From Fibrobacteria bacterium (GTDB lineage Bacteria > Fibrobacterota > Fibrobacteria > UBA11236): 64,000 bases of DNA. Numbering within the stretch: position 1 is the first letter of the stretch; each line of letters opens with the position of its first letter. Positions 47,624 through 56,479 of this stretch are shown here, piece by piece. A program made the position numbers and the translations under genes. The stretch is from contig JBGTHM010000014.1 in assembly GCA_041746255.1 (NCBI GenBank), positions 17,713 through 81,712 of the forward strand, written 5' to 3'. The notes beneath the pieces are model-generated. The model had not been told where the DNA came from. It saw only the letters and a program-made list of their open reading frames with translations, and did no database searches.

Positions 47624-49700
47624 TCAATACCACCGTGCCTGCTGCTTTGACGTTTATGCCGTTCACGATTTCACTATAGGAGAGAACGGCTAGGGTAGGA
47701 AAAGAACCTTCGAGAATTTTTTTCATTTGATAGCGGATGCCGGGCGAGCAAAGTAGCACGGGCTGCTGGTTGCCCGCCACCATTTTTTCCACCAGCGAGG
47801 CGAGCTTACCCACCAGTTTGCTGACCATTTCGGGCCGGATTACCAGGCGGGGCCCGCGGTCGGTGCTTTGTACCGACGCTTCCAGCATTTGTTCCAGTCG
47901 GGGCTCGAGGCTCAGAACGTTAACGTAGCCCTTCGCATCCTTGAAGCTTTTGCAAATATGCCGGGAGAGCGCCTGCCGGGCTTGTTCGGTAAGGAACACT
48001 TCTGATTTCGATACTTTGGCGGCATTGGCCAGGGCTTCGAGTATGGTGGCCAGATCGCGTACGGCGACTTTTTCCGCCAACAGATTGATCAGTACTTTCT
48101 GCACTTCGCCGATGCTCAGCATAGCCGGAATCAATTCTTCCACGACGGTGGGGCTGGTGGTTTTGACATTGTCGATAAGCGACTTCACGTCTTGGCGGGT
48201 CAGGATTTCGCCCGCGTTGGTACGGATGATTTCCGTCAGGTGGGTGGCGATGACGGCCGGAAGCTCTACGACGGTGTATCCGGCGATTTCGGCGTTCTCC
48301 CGCTGCGATTGGGTGATCCACAGTGCCGGCAGTCCGAAGGCGGGCTCGGTAGTGGGCGTGCCCGGTACCTTTTGGCTCACGCCTCCGGGGTCCATGGCCA
48401 AGAAGCATCCGGTCATCAATTCGCCGCCCCCGACTTCGATGCTCTTGATTTTAACCAGGTATTCGTTGGGCTTGAGTTGGATATTGTCGCGTATGCGTAT
48501 GGGTGGGACGATGATTCCGATATCGGTGGCGCATTGACGGCGCAGCATGGTGATGCGTTCGAGTAAATCTCCCCCCTGATTGGGATCAACCAGCGATATC
48601 AGTCCGTAGCCGATTTCCAATTCCATCTGGTCGACGCGGAGGTAGGCTTCGATTTTATCGGACTCCGGCTCCATTTTCGCATCGGCCTGGTTTTGTTTCT
48701 CCAAGGCCTCGGAAACCCGTTTGGCCTTGCCGGCGCGATTGACCAGGTAACCGACGCCGGTAATCGAACCCGCCAGAATCAAAAAGGGCATGGTGGGCAT
48801 TCCTGGAATTATGGCCGCCACCGCCATGAAACCGCCGCCTAGATACAACGATTTAACGTTCTGGGTCAATTGCATGGTGACCTCGGTACCGAGATTCTTT
48901 TTCGAAGCCGCGCGGGCGACCATGATACCGGCGGCGGTGGAGATCATCAAGGCGGGTGTTTGCGTGACCAGTCCGTCGCCGATGGTCAATTGGGTGAAGG
49001 TGATGAGGGAATCCTGGAAGCTCATGCCCTGCATGGTCATTCCCACTACGAATCCCGCCAGGATATTGACCAGGGTGATGATGATTCCGGCGATGGCGTC
49101 GCCGCGGACGAATTTACTCGCGCCGTCCATGGCGCCGTAGAAATCGGATTCCCGGCTGATGTCGCGTCTGCGCGTTTTGGCTTCTTCTTCGGTGATTAAA
49201 CCCGCGTTCAAATCGGCGTCCACGGCCATTTGCTTACCCGGCATGGCGTCCAAAGTAAATCGCGCGGCGACTTCCGCGATGCGGCCGGAACCCTTGGTGA
49301 TGACCACGAATTGGATGATGACCAGGATGATGAAAATGATGACGCCCACCACGATGTTCCCTTTGGTCACGAAGGTGCCGAAGGTCTGGATGACTGCGCC
49401 CGCCTCGCCTTCCGAGAGAATGAGCCGGGTGGACGCGACGTTCAGGGATAAGCGGAACAGCGTGATGATGAGCAGGAGCCCGGGAAACACCGAGAAGTCG
49501 AGAACGTTTTCGATATACATGGAGATGAGGAGAATGATAATGGCCAGCGATATCATTACCGACAGGAGAATATCCAGCACGAATTGGGGAAGGGGGATCA
49601 TCATCATGCCGATAATGCCCACCACCATCAAGGCGATGGCCATGTCTTTTTGCTGGACGATGCGGTCCAATAGGGTCGGCTTTATGGCTAGTACTTGCAT
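47604..49700 (-). CDS. flhA: flagellar type III export protein FlhA
   Basis: 698 aa with eight N-terminal TM helices and the conserved FHIPEP region (RFTLDAMPGKQMAVDADLNAGLI). Confidence 0.92.
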   Translation of the reverse strand: MQVLAIKPTLLDRIVQQKDMAIALMVVGIIGMMMIPLPQFVLDILLSVMISLAIIILLISMYIENVLDFSVFPGLLLIITLFRLSLNVASTRLILSEGEAGAVIQTFGTFVTKGNIVVGVIIFIILVIIQFVVITKGSGRIAEVAARFTLDAMPGKQMAVDADLNAGLITEEEAKTRRRDISRESDFYGAMDGASKFVRGDAIAGIIITLVNILAGFVVGMTMQGMSFQDSLITFTQLTIGDGLVTQTPALMISTAAGIMVARAASKKNLGTEVTMQLTQNVKSLYLGGGFMAVAAIIPGMPTMPFLILAGSITGVGYLVNRAGKAKRVSEALEKQNQADAKMEPESDKIEAYLRVDQMELEIGYGLISLVDPNQGGDLLERITMLRRQCATDIGIIVPPIRIRDNIQLKPNEYLVKIKSIEVGGGELMTGCFLAMDPGGVSQKVPGTPTTEPAFGLPALWITQSQRENAEIAGYTVVELPAVIATHLTEIIRTNAGEILTRQDVKSLIDNVKTTSPTVVEELIPAMLSIGEVQKVLINLLAEKVAVRDLATILEALANAAKVSKSEVFLTEQARQALSRHICKSFKDAKGYVNVLSLEPRLEQMLEASVQSTDRGPRLVIRPEMVSKLVGKLASLVEKMVAGNQQPVLLCSPGIRYQMKKILEGSFPTLAVLSYSEIVNGINVKAAGTVVLNEDENV

Positions 49701-49764
49701 ATTCTTAACGAGAAACTTGAAGACTGCAAGATTCGGGCCAAGTCCCTGTGTCCGAAAATAGCGC

Positions 49765-49792
49765 TAAAGTTACGCAAGGATCCGACCGATAA
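49765..49792 (+). promoter_or_regulatory. near-consensus sigma-28 (FliA) promoter motif, oriented antisense to the flhB-flhA operon
   Basis: TAAAGTTA (49765-49772), a 12 nt spacer, then ACCGATAA (49785-49792), against the consensus TAAAGTTT-N11/12-GCCGATAA. It lies in the 153 nt flhB-flhA spacer and points toward the 3' end of flhB. Confidence 0.4.
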
Positions 49793-49853
49793 GGGGAGGG
49801 GGGAGTACCGTGGACCCGATTTTCAGCGGAAATTCGACGGGTCGAAATTTTCC

Positions 49854-50918
49854 TCAGGCGGCTCCGCGTTTTTTGAGGCCGTAGACATAGGCCAATATTT
49901 CCGCAACGGCGGCAAAGAATTCCGGGGGGATGGGATCCCCGACTTCACCCACTTCGAAAAGGCTGCGGGCCAAGGGTTTGTCTTCCACGATAGGGATGCC
50001 TTTTTCACGGGCGGTTTCCCGGATTTTTTCCGCGATAAGCCGTTTGCCCTTGGCGAGTATGACCGGTGCGGTATCTTGGCCCTGTTCGTAGCGCACGGCT
50101 ATGGCGATGAATACGGGGTTGGTGATGACCACGGTGGCTTTCGGTACTTCTTTCATCATGAAGTTCTTGCGCATTTGCAGGCGCATCTGCCGGATTTTTC
50201 CTTTGATTTTGGGATCACCGTCCGAAGCCCGCGCCTCGTCTTTGATCTCCTGCTTGGACATGCGCATGTCTTTTTCGTGCTTGAAGCGGACGTAGGTGAG
50301 GTCGAGCAGTCCCAGCACGATAAGCACCAAGGCGCACTTGATGAATACCTCGATGGAAATGATGAAAATAAACTCGCCGATATCCGCAACCGTGGCATCC
50401 GCGAGCAAAAGGTAATCCTCGAAATGGGAGGAGATGACATGATAGGCCACGATTCCCACGATGATCATTTTCGCGATGCTTTTGACCAATTCGACCACGC
50501 CCTGGGAGGAAAAGATTTTTTTCAATCCCTGCAGCTTGTAGATTTTTTCGAATTTGAAACCCACCGCCTTCCAGGACCAGAGTAGCCCGACCTGCATGAT
50601 ATTGATTCCCAGCCCCAAGACCAACAGTACGGCCAGAAAGGGTCCTAAGAGGATAAGCAGGGAAAGCATGCCGTAGCCGTAATGGTAATGCAGGGCTTCG
50701 GGTATGGCTTCGAAATTGGAAATGGCCAATAGGCTTTCGGTGGTGACTTTGCGAAGGCCTTCGCCCATGCGGCTTCCCAGCAGCCATATCAGCAGGCAGC
50801 CGGCCAGGAGCATGACGGCCGAGTTCAGGTCGGTGCTTTTGGCGACATTTCCGTCTTTGCGCGAATCATCGATGCGCTTGGCCGTCGGCTTTTCTGTCTT
50901 GTCGCTTTTATCGGCCAT
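49854..50918 (-). CDS. flhB: flagellar type III export protein FlhB
   Basis: MADKSDKTEKPTAKRIDDSRKDGNVAKS is the FlhB N-terminus. NPTH-type autocleavage region (VVITNPV). 354 aa. Confidence 0.9.
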   Translation of the reverse strand: MADKSDKTEKPTAKRIDDSRKDGNVAKSTDLNSAVMLLAGCLLIWLLGSRMGEGLRKVTTESLLAISNFEAIPEALHYHYGYGMLSLLILLGPFLAVLLVLGLGINIMQVGLLWSWKAVGFKFEKIYKLQGLKKIFSSQGVVELVKSIAKMIIVGIVAYHVISSHFEDYLLLADATVADIGEFIFIISIEVFIKCALVLIVLGLLDLTYVRFKHEKDMRMSKQEIKDEARASDGDPKIKGKIRQMRLQMRKNFMMKEVPKATVVITNPVFIAIAVRYEQGQDTAPVILAKGKRLIAEKIRETAREKGIPIVEDKPLARSLFEVGEVGDPIPPEFFAAVAEILAYVYGLKKRGAA

Positions 50919-50964
50919 GCGTCACCTCCTTCCCTCAGGCCCGTGGCTTTCCCTTTGCTACGGG

Positions 50965-51771
50965 TCAGGATCCCAGGAGGCGTATCAGCCCGATGCTGTA
51001 GCCTTGGATGGAAGTCTGCTCCCTTGTGAATACCAACCATAAAAAGGGAAGCACCAACGAGAGGGTGGCGATTCCCAAACCCAGCTTAAGGGGCATGGCC
51101 ACCATCCAAACGTTCATTTGCGGCATTATCCGCGTGATGATGGCCAGTCCCATGGTGGTGATAAGCAGGGTAACGATGATGGGCGCGGCCAACTTCAAGC
51201 CGAATATGAATGCGGCGCCGGTCATATGGGCGATAATGCCCGCCACTTCGCGGGCATGCCATTCCGCGGTGGTAAGGGGGATGACCCGGAACGATTCCGC
51301 CAGGGCGTGGATAAAGAACAGGTGGCCGTCCCACAGCAAAAACAGAATGCCGAAAATGAAGAGCAGGAAATTTCCAATGGCCGATCCCTGGTCTTCGGCG
51401 AGCGGATTGAACATTTGCAGCATGGCGAATCCCGTTTGCTGATCCATCCACGAGCCGGCCATGCGTAAGCCCAGAAACACGAAGCTGGCCGCGAAACCCA
51501 TCACAATGCCGACATACAATTCACGCAAAGCCATGGACAGCAGTTCTATCGGCGATTCGGGAATCGCCAACAATTGCGTGGGCAAGGCCAGATAAAGTAT
51601 CAGGCTGATAAAAACCGAAACCCCCGCTTTGAGCTGGAAGGGCACTTCGGGAGCTCCCAGCACGGGAAGCAGATAAATCACGACGCTGGTCCGGAGGAGA
51701 ATGAGGAACAAGACTTCCAGCTGCAATACGCTGAAGTCGCCTATGCCGGGAATGGACGCCCAGGGATTCAT
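50965..51771 (-). CDS. fliR: flagellar export apparatus protein FliR
   Basis: 268 aa polytopic membrane protein in the conserved fliPQR position. Confidence 0.85.
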   Translation of the reverse strand: MNPWASIPGIGDFSVLQLEVLFLILLRTSVVIYLLPVLGAPEVPFQLKAGVSVFISLILYLALPTQLLAIPESPIELLSMALRELYVGIVMGFAASFVFLGLRMAGSWMDQQTGFAMLQMFNPLAEDQGSAIGNFLLFIFGILFLLWDGHLFFIHALAESFRVIPLTTAEWHAREVAGIIAHMTGAAFIFGLKLAAPIIVTLLITTMGLAIITRIMPQMNVWMVAMPLKLGLGIATLSLVLPFLWLVFTREQTSIQGYSIGLIRLLGS

Positions 51772-51789
51772 GGAACGGATCCTGTCCTT

Positions 51790-52059
51790 TCAGCGTAGCA
51801 GCGAAGGGATGAGTTGGAAAAGTTCATTGATGAAGCCCTTATACAATTGCAGCATCAAGGGAAGGAAAAGCAACAGGGAAAGGCTGATGGAAATGATTTT
51901 GGGTATGAAGGTCAGGGTCATTTCATTGATGGAGGTGGCGGCCTGGAATATGCTCACGGCTAATCCCACCACCAGGGCGACGACAAGCATTGGAGCGCTT
52001 AATACCATGATGATATAGAGCGTGTTCCTCCCGATTTCAAGCACGATGGCTTCGGACAT
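51790..52059 (-). CDS. fliQ: flagellar export apparatus protein FliQ
   Basis: 89 aa with two TM helices. MSEAIVLEIGRNTLYIIMVLSAPMLVVALVVGLAVSIFQAATSINEMTL matches the FliQ signature. Confidence 0.9.
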   Translation of the reverse strand: MSEAIVLEIGRNTLYIIMVLSAPMLVVALVVGLAVSIFQAATSINEMTLTFIPKIISISLSLLLFLPLMLQLYKGFINELFQLIPSLLR

Positions 52060-52083
52060 GCGGAATTCCTTTTTCGGGACCTA

Positions 52084-52911
52084 TCATCGGAAACTCAGTA
52101 CCAATTGCTGAATGACCAGGTTCCATCCATCGACCATTACAAAAAGGATCAGCTTGAAAGGCATGGAAATCATTACCGGCGGCAGCATCATCATGCCCAT
52201 GGACATCAGCACCGAGGCAACCACCATGTCAATGACGAGAAACGGGATGTAAATCAGGAAGCCGATGATAAAGGCGGCGCGAAGTTCGCTCAGGGCGAAA
52301 GCCGGGATGAGGGTCATGTTTCCGATATCGTCGATATTGCGGGGCGAGGGGGATTTGCTGATGCGTACCATCAAAGCCAGGTCTTTTTCGTTGACCTGTT
52401 TCAACATGAATTCCCGGATGGGTTCCATAGCCTGTTCGATGGCCACGGTGAAATCGATTTCCTCCTTGAGATAGGGCTGAATCGCCGCGGTATTGATTTT
52501 GTTGAAGGTGGGAGCCATCACGAAAAAGGTGAGAAACAGGGCGAGTCCCATCACCAGTTGTTGCGGAGGCGTGTTCTGGGCGCCGATGGCCTGCTTGAGA
52601 AAGCTCAACACCACTACGATCCGGGTGAAGCACGTCATCAGGATGAGAATGGAGGGAGCCAGGCTGAGAATGGTGAGCATGGCCACCAATTGCAAGGTGA
52701 CGGCCACGTCCTGCGGAGACCGCGCCCGATCGAAGCCGACGTTGAAGGTCGGCAGCATCTGGGCTTCGCTTGCCGAGACGCCGAGTAATACCAGTCCCAT
52801 GGCAAGCAGGGGTAGTCGGTAAGATGGGTGGGTGATGGCAACCGCCCCGGGAGATTTTTTTCTCAAGTCGGCTTTAGAAACGTCCGATACAGTCGATAGG
52901 GCCCCCATCAT
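52084..52911 (-). CDS. fliP: flagellar export apparatus protein FliP
   Basis: Signal-like N-terminus plus conserved FliP motifs (SFLKQAIGAQNTPP, IPAFALSELRAAFIIGFLIYIPFLVIDMVVASVLMSMGMMMLPP). Confidence 0.92.
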   Translation of the reverse strand: MMGALSTVSDVSKADLRKKSPGAVAITHPSYRLPLLAMGLVLLGVSASEAQMLPTFNVGFDRARSPQDVAVTLQLVAMLTILSLAPSILILMTCFTRIVVVLSFLKQAIGAQNTPPQQLVMGLALFLTFFVMAPTFNKINTAAIQPYLKEEIDFTVAIEQAMEPIREFMLKQVNEKDLALMVRISKSPSPRNIDDIGNMTLIPAFALSELRAAFIIGFLIYIPFLVIDMVVASVLMSMGMMMLPPVMISMPFKLILFVMVDGWNLVIQQLVLSFR

Positions 52912-53507
52912 CCCTCCTCGAGCAAATCGGAAACACGTTTAGGTTTTTTGAAACGCTCCAATACTTTGTTGAAACTTTCCGAGAATGCGGCTGCATTTCC
53001 TTCGCCCTGGGTTCCGAATCCAAGTTCGGAAGGCGTTTCCGTGAATTCATGGAGGAGGGATACCGATTGAGGGGATATACCTATGATTCCCATACGGGGT
53101 CCCATTCGCAATGCGACCACTTTATGCTGAGAATCGAGATAGCAGGTTTCGAGCACCTGGAAAAAGTCCTGGCCCATTCCTTTGGGCTTGAAACCCGCAT
53201 TCCTTTGCAACCGTTTCAAAAATCTTAAAGTTACGACTGCGAGTATAAGTACGAAAATCAAACCGAAGAATATTTGCAGACTGAGGCTGAGTATGCCGGT
53301 AGGTTCGGTGGCGCGCGATTTTCCGGGGAGGGGATTCGACCCCGTGTTTCCGGAAGGCAGGCCGTGGGCGGCGTCCATTTCATTTTGCAGGCGTTGGAAT
53401 TTCGCTTCCAGAGCCTGCTTGTCCGAATCGACTCCGCCTGGCCGGGTCTCCGGCGCGGCCATGACTGCCGCTTGCAGCAGAAAGATCGCCGATAAAATGA
53501 ATCTCAT
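52908..53507 (-). CDS. fliO: flagellar biosynthesis protein FliO (FliZ in Bacillus nomenclature)
   Basis: 199 aa with a single TM (ILSLSLQIFFGLIFVLILAVVTL) and the conserved LRMGPRMGIIGIS segment. Lies between fliY and fliP. Confidence 0.7.
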   Translation of the reverse strand: MRFILSAIFLLQAAVMAAPETRPGGVDSDKQALEAKFQRLQNEMDAAHGLPSGNTGSNPLPGKSRATEPTGILSLSLQIFFGLIFVLILAVVTLRFLKRLQRNAGFKPKGMGQDFFQVLETCYLDSQHKVVALRMGPRMGIIGISPQSVSLLHEFTETPSELGFGTQGEGNAAAFSESFNKVLERFKKPKRVSDLLEEG

Positions 53508-54508
53508 TGTAATTGCCGGATTCTTTCCTCCGGCGACACCAGGGAGATGATGCGGATGCCGAAATATTCGTCCACCACTACGACTTCGCCCTTGGCTACG
53601 ACTTTGTCATTGACCAGCAAATCCACAGGCTCGCCGGCCAGCCTATCCATTTCGACAATGGATCCGGGCCCCAGCTCCAGGATGCGGCGTATGCTTAAGT
53701 TGGTTCTTCCCAATTCGATGGTGACGTTGAGACCAATGTCCATCAACATCTGGATGTTCGGTGAATTTTTATCGGATGAACCCATTTTCGCAACGGCGCT
53801 ATCCATCCAGGCGTTTTCGGGTTCCGGAGCATCGGGAAAGGCCGAGGGAAATCCCTTGTCTTCCACAACCGACGGGGCGGCGGACGCTGAAGTCGGATCC
53901 GTGAAGCTGATCACCAGGGGTTGGGAAAGAACCAGGGACACAATTCCGGCATCCACTCCTTTAATGGTCAGTTTGTACTCAATGGCCACCGATCCCTTGG
54001 AGGGAAAATCCCCCTTGTCGGGATTGAATTCACGTGTCTCGCATTGCGATGCGCTTAGGGGAACGTCGTAGCTTTTTCCGAGGGCGGCGGATAGCGAACC
54101 CATCCATTGATTACAAAGCTCAGTGACCGCGTCGCGATGCTCTTCCGAATATTCGGGTTCGCCCTCGGCTCCGAGCATGAGGGCGCCCAGGCGGGAGGCG
54201 GTTTTTTTTCCGATCAGAAAATGCAGGCGGCCTTCGAAACCTTTGTCGAAACCCGATTCGATGGACAACGATTCCGGAAATTCGGCAGCGAGTTTTTCTT
54301 TGTCGGCGAATGCGACTCCGCTCTCGGTTATCTTCAAGGAGTCGCCCAGGTTGGCGCTTAGGACTTTACGCCCCTCTTCCAGGAAATTATCCGCTGCCTG
54401 AGCGATGGAGGCGCGATGGAATGATGCGGCTAGGGAATCGCCATTCCCCGTCAACCCGCTGGTCAGGGCATCCACTTCTTCCTGGCTTAACAGTCCGTCG
54501 TCAGCCAT
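53504..54508 (-). CDS. fliY: flagellar motor switch phosphatase FliY (CheC-like domain plus FliN/SpoA domain)
   Basis: N-terminal LSQEEVDALTSG CheY-binding motif, a central CheC-like region, and a C-terminal FliN SpoA domain (NVTIELGRTNLSIRRILELGPGSIVEMDRL...). 334 aa. Confidence 0.82.
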   Translation of the reverse strand: MADDGLLSQEEVDALTSGLTGNGDSLAASFHRASIAQAADNFLEEGRKVLSANLGDSLKITESGVAFADKEKLAAEFPESLSIESGFDKGFEGRLHFLIGKKTASRLGALMLGAEGEPEYSEEHRDAVTELCNQWMGSLSAALGKSYDVPLSASQCETREFNPDKGDFPSKGSVAIEYKLTIKGVDAGIVSLVLSQPLVISFTDPTSASAAPSVVEDKGFPSAFPDAPEPENAWMDSAVAKMGSSDKNSPNIQMLMDIGLNVTIELGRTNLSIRRILELGPGSIVEMDRLAGEPVDLLVNDKVVAKGEVVVVDEYFGIRIISLVSPEERIRQLQ

Positions 54509-55526
54509 CTTCGCCTACTTCCATATCGATAAGGGAGGTGACCTGCACGCATTTGTTGCGTCCCACCACTCCCACCTTGCCGAAGAACTTGGGTTTCCCG
54601 CTGATTTTGATGGTCAGGTCGCTATCAGCGAGTTTGTCGAGTACGACCACGTCGCCGTTTTGCAATTGCAGCAAATCCCGCAGTTTCAGTTTGGCTTCTC
54701 CGATAATGGAGGTTACCGGCAATTCGGTACTGTTCAGCTCGGTTTCCAGCACCCTCCGGGTTTCCTGAGTGGTGGTACGCTGGCCGGAAATCCAGGATTC
54801 CCCGCTTAATTTCGAGATCACCGTTTCGAGCATGATGAAGGGGAAGCAAAGGCTGATCAGTCCCGATCCATGCTTCATCCTGACTTCCAACGAAATGAGG
54901 ATGATGGTTTCGTTGGGCGGAGCTATTTGGACGAATTGGGGGTTGGTTTCATAGCTGTCCACCTTGGGCGTGAAGATTCCGACATGCTCCCAAACCTCTT
55001 TGAGGTTGAGTAGGGCCCTTTCGACGATTTTATTCAATACGTTTTTTTCGATGTCGGTGAGTTCCCGATTGTGATCGATGGGCCGGCCTTGTCCGCCGAA
55101 CAAGCGGTCGACGATGAAGAAAACCAGGTTGGGGTTCACTTCGAAGATGGCGGCGCCCTCCAGGGGCTCCATCTGGAATATGTAAATGCAACTGGGATTG
55201 GCCACCGACATCACGAATTCGGAATAGGTGAGCTGATCCACCGAAACAATGTCCACTTCCACCAAAGTCCGCAGGTAGCTGCTCAGGGTGGTACTTAAAA
55301 GCCGCGCATAACCCTCATGGAGGTTTTGCAGGGTGCGCATCTGGTCTTTGGAAACGCGGTCGGGCCGCCGGAAATCATATAACGCGACCGGACGCGCGGG
55401 TTCCGCTTCGTCGCGCGCATAGGACTCCCCGCCGGCAGCCGGGGTGGATTCGTCCTCGCCCGAGCCCCCCGTCGAAACGGCGGCGAGCAGGGCATCCACT
55501 TCTTCTTGCGAAAGTATATCGCTCAT
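54501..55526 (-). CDS. fliM: flagellar motor switch protein FliM
   Basis: MSDILSQEEVDALLAAV N-terminal motif and a FliM middle domain. 341 aa. Confidence 0.9.
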   Translation of the reverse strand: MSDILSQEEVDALLAAVSTGGSGEDESTPAAGGESYARDEAEPARPVALYDFRRPDRVSKDQMRTLQNLHEGYARLLSTTLSSYLRTLVEVDIVSVDQLTYSEFVMSVANPSCIYIFQMEPLEGAAIFEVNPNLVFFIVDRLFGGQGRPIDHNRELTDIEKNVLNKIVERALLNLKEVWEHVGIFTPKVDSYETNPQFVQIAPPNETIILISLEVRMKHGSGLISLCFPFIMLETVISKLSGESWISGQRTTTQETRRVLETELNSTELPVTSIIGEAKLKLRDLLQLQNGDVVVLDKLADSDLTIKISGKPKFFGKVGVVGRNKCVQVTSLIDMEVGEDG

Positions 55527-55535
55527 AAGCCTGTC

Positions 55536-56093
55536 CTACTGAACCAGGAACTCCGTAAAAAAGGCATTGCGGATCTTCCCTTGATCTCCAGGCAGGATTG
55601 CATTTACGTCGGAAACGATGGTTTCCTGGATGCGTTTTTTGCCTGCGGGTTTGAGCAGGTCTTCATAGGTTTGCGAACTGAGTATGTTGATGATCAAATC
55701 CTTGATTTTCGGCATGCGGCGCGCTATTTCGGCAATCAGCAGCGGGTGTCCGATATCGTCCCATTCCAATTGCACCGCGCATTTCAGATAATGGGAGGCG
55801 CCGGTGGTCCCCACTATGTTCACGGTCAACTCGACCGGGGCCGGCAAGACCATGCCCATTTGGGTGTGTAATTGCTGGGCTTTGCTCTCGGATTCTTCCT
55901 GTTCTTTGATTGCCGCCTCGCTGACGTCGTCGCCCTTGAGTTTTCCCACGATATAAAAAGCGATTCCGGCCATGACGACCAAATCGATTATCAGCACCGC
56001 GGCGATCAGAATTATTTTCTTGCCGGCTTTGGGCTTGGCCTCTTCGGGCGGAGCCGCCTCGGTTTTCTCGGCCTTTTTTTCTTCGTCAGCCAT
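55536..56093 (-). CDS. fliL: flagellar basal-body-associated protein FliL
   Basis: 185 aa with a Lys/Glu-rich N-terminus, a single TM and a FliL C-terminal domain (VELTVNIVGTTGASHYLKCAVQLEWDD). Confidence 0.8.
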   Translation of the reverse strand: MADEEKKAEKTEAAPPEEAKPKAGKKIILIAAVLIIDLVVMAGIAFYIVGKLKGDDVSEAAIKEQEESESKAQQLHTQMGMVLPAPVELTVNIVGTTGASHYLKCAVQLEWDDIGHPLLIAEIARRMPKIKDLIINILSSQTYEDLLKPAGKKRIQETIVSDVNAILPGDQGKIRNAFFTEFLVQ

Positions 56094-56129
56094 TACATTT
56101 CTCCGGAAATCGATACGGAACCGATTAGC

Positions 56130-56354
56130 CTACGAGATTCCGTCCTCCGCCGGCGCATTGCGTATTGCGATGCCCGAATGGACGGCTCGTTTGTATTCTA
56201 CCACCCTCTTGACGACCTCTTCAACGGGCTCCAGCACCACGAATCTCCTACCCCCGCGCATGACGATGGAGGTATCGGGCGAGGCTTCGATGGTTTCGAT
56301 CAGATCCGCGGCGATATAGATGGTCTGCTTGTCCATTTTGGTGACCTGAATCAT
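56130..56354 (-). CDS. flbD: flagellar protein FlbD
   Basis: 74 aa. MIQVTKMDKQTIYIAADLIETIEASPDTSIVMRGGRRFVVLEPVEEVVKRV matches the FlbD family found after flgE in Firmicutes, Spirochaetes and Thermotogae. Confidence 0.8.
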   Translation of the reverse strand: MIQVTKMDKQTIYIAADLIETIEASPDTSIVMRGGRRFVVLEPVEEVVKRVVEYKRAVHSGIAIRNAPAEDGIS

Positions 56355-56479
56355 ACGGCTGCCGCTCCGGAAGTTATCCCGGTAATATCGTTATTTCGGA
56401 AACGCTGTCCCATTGTACTTTTACCGGAAAGCGGGGTGCAAGCGCTGATATTCACCTCGGCGCCGCATCCGCTTCAGGA

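Noticed and set aside
49695-50585. 296 aa plus-strand ORF
   Set aside because: It is antisense to flhB, which has an unambiguous protein signature. Its composition is Asp/Gly/His-rich nonsense. Only the sigma-28 motif at its 5' end was kept, as a regulatory finding.
56355-56479. Possible sigma-54 promoter upstream of flbD (GG...GCTTGCA)
   Set aside because: The GG to GC spacing is off by one in either register relative to TGGCAC-N5-TTGC, so it was not called.
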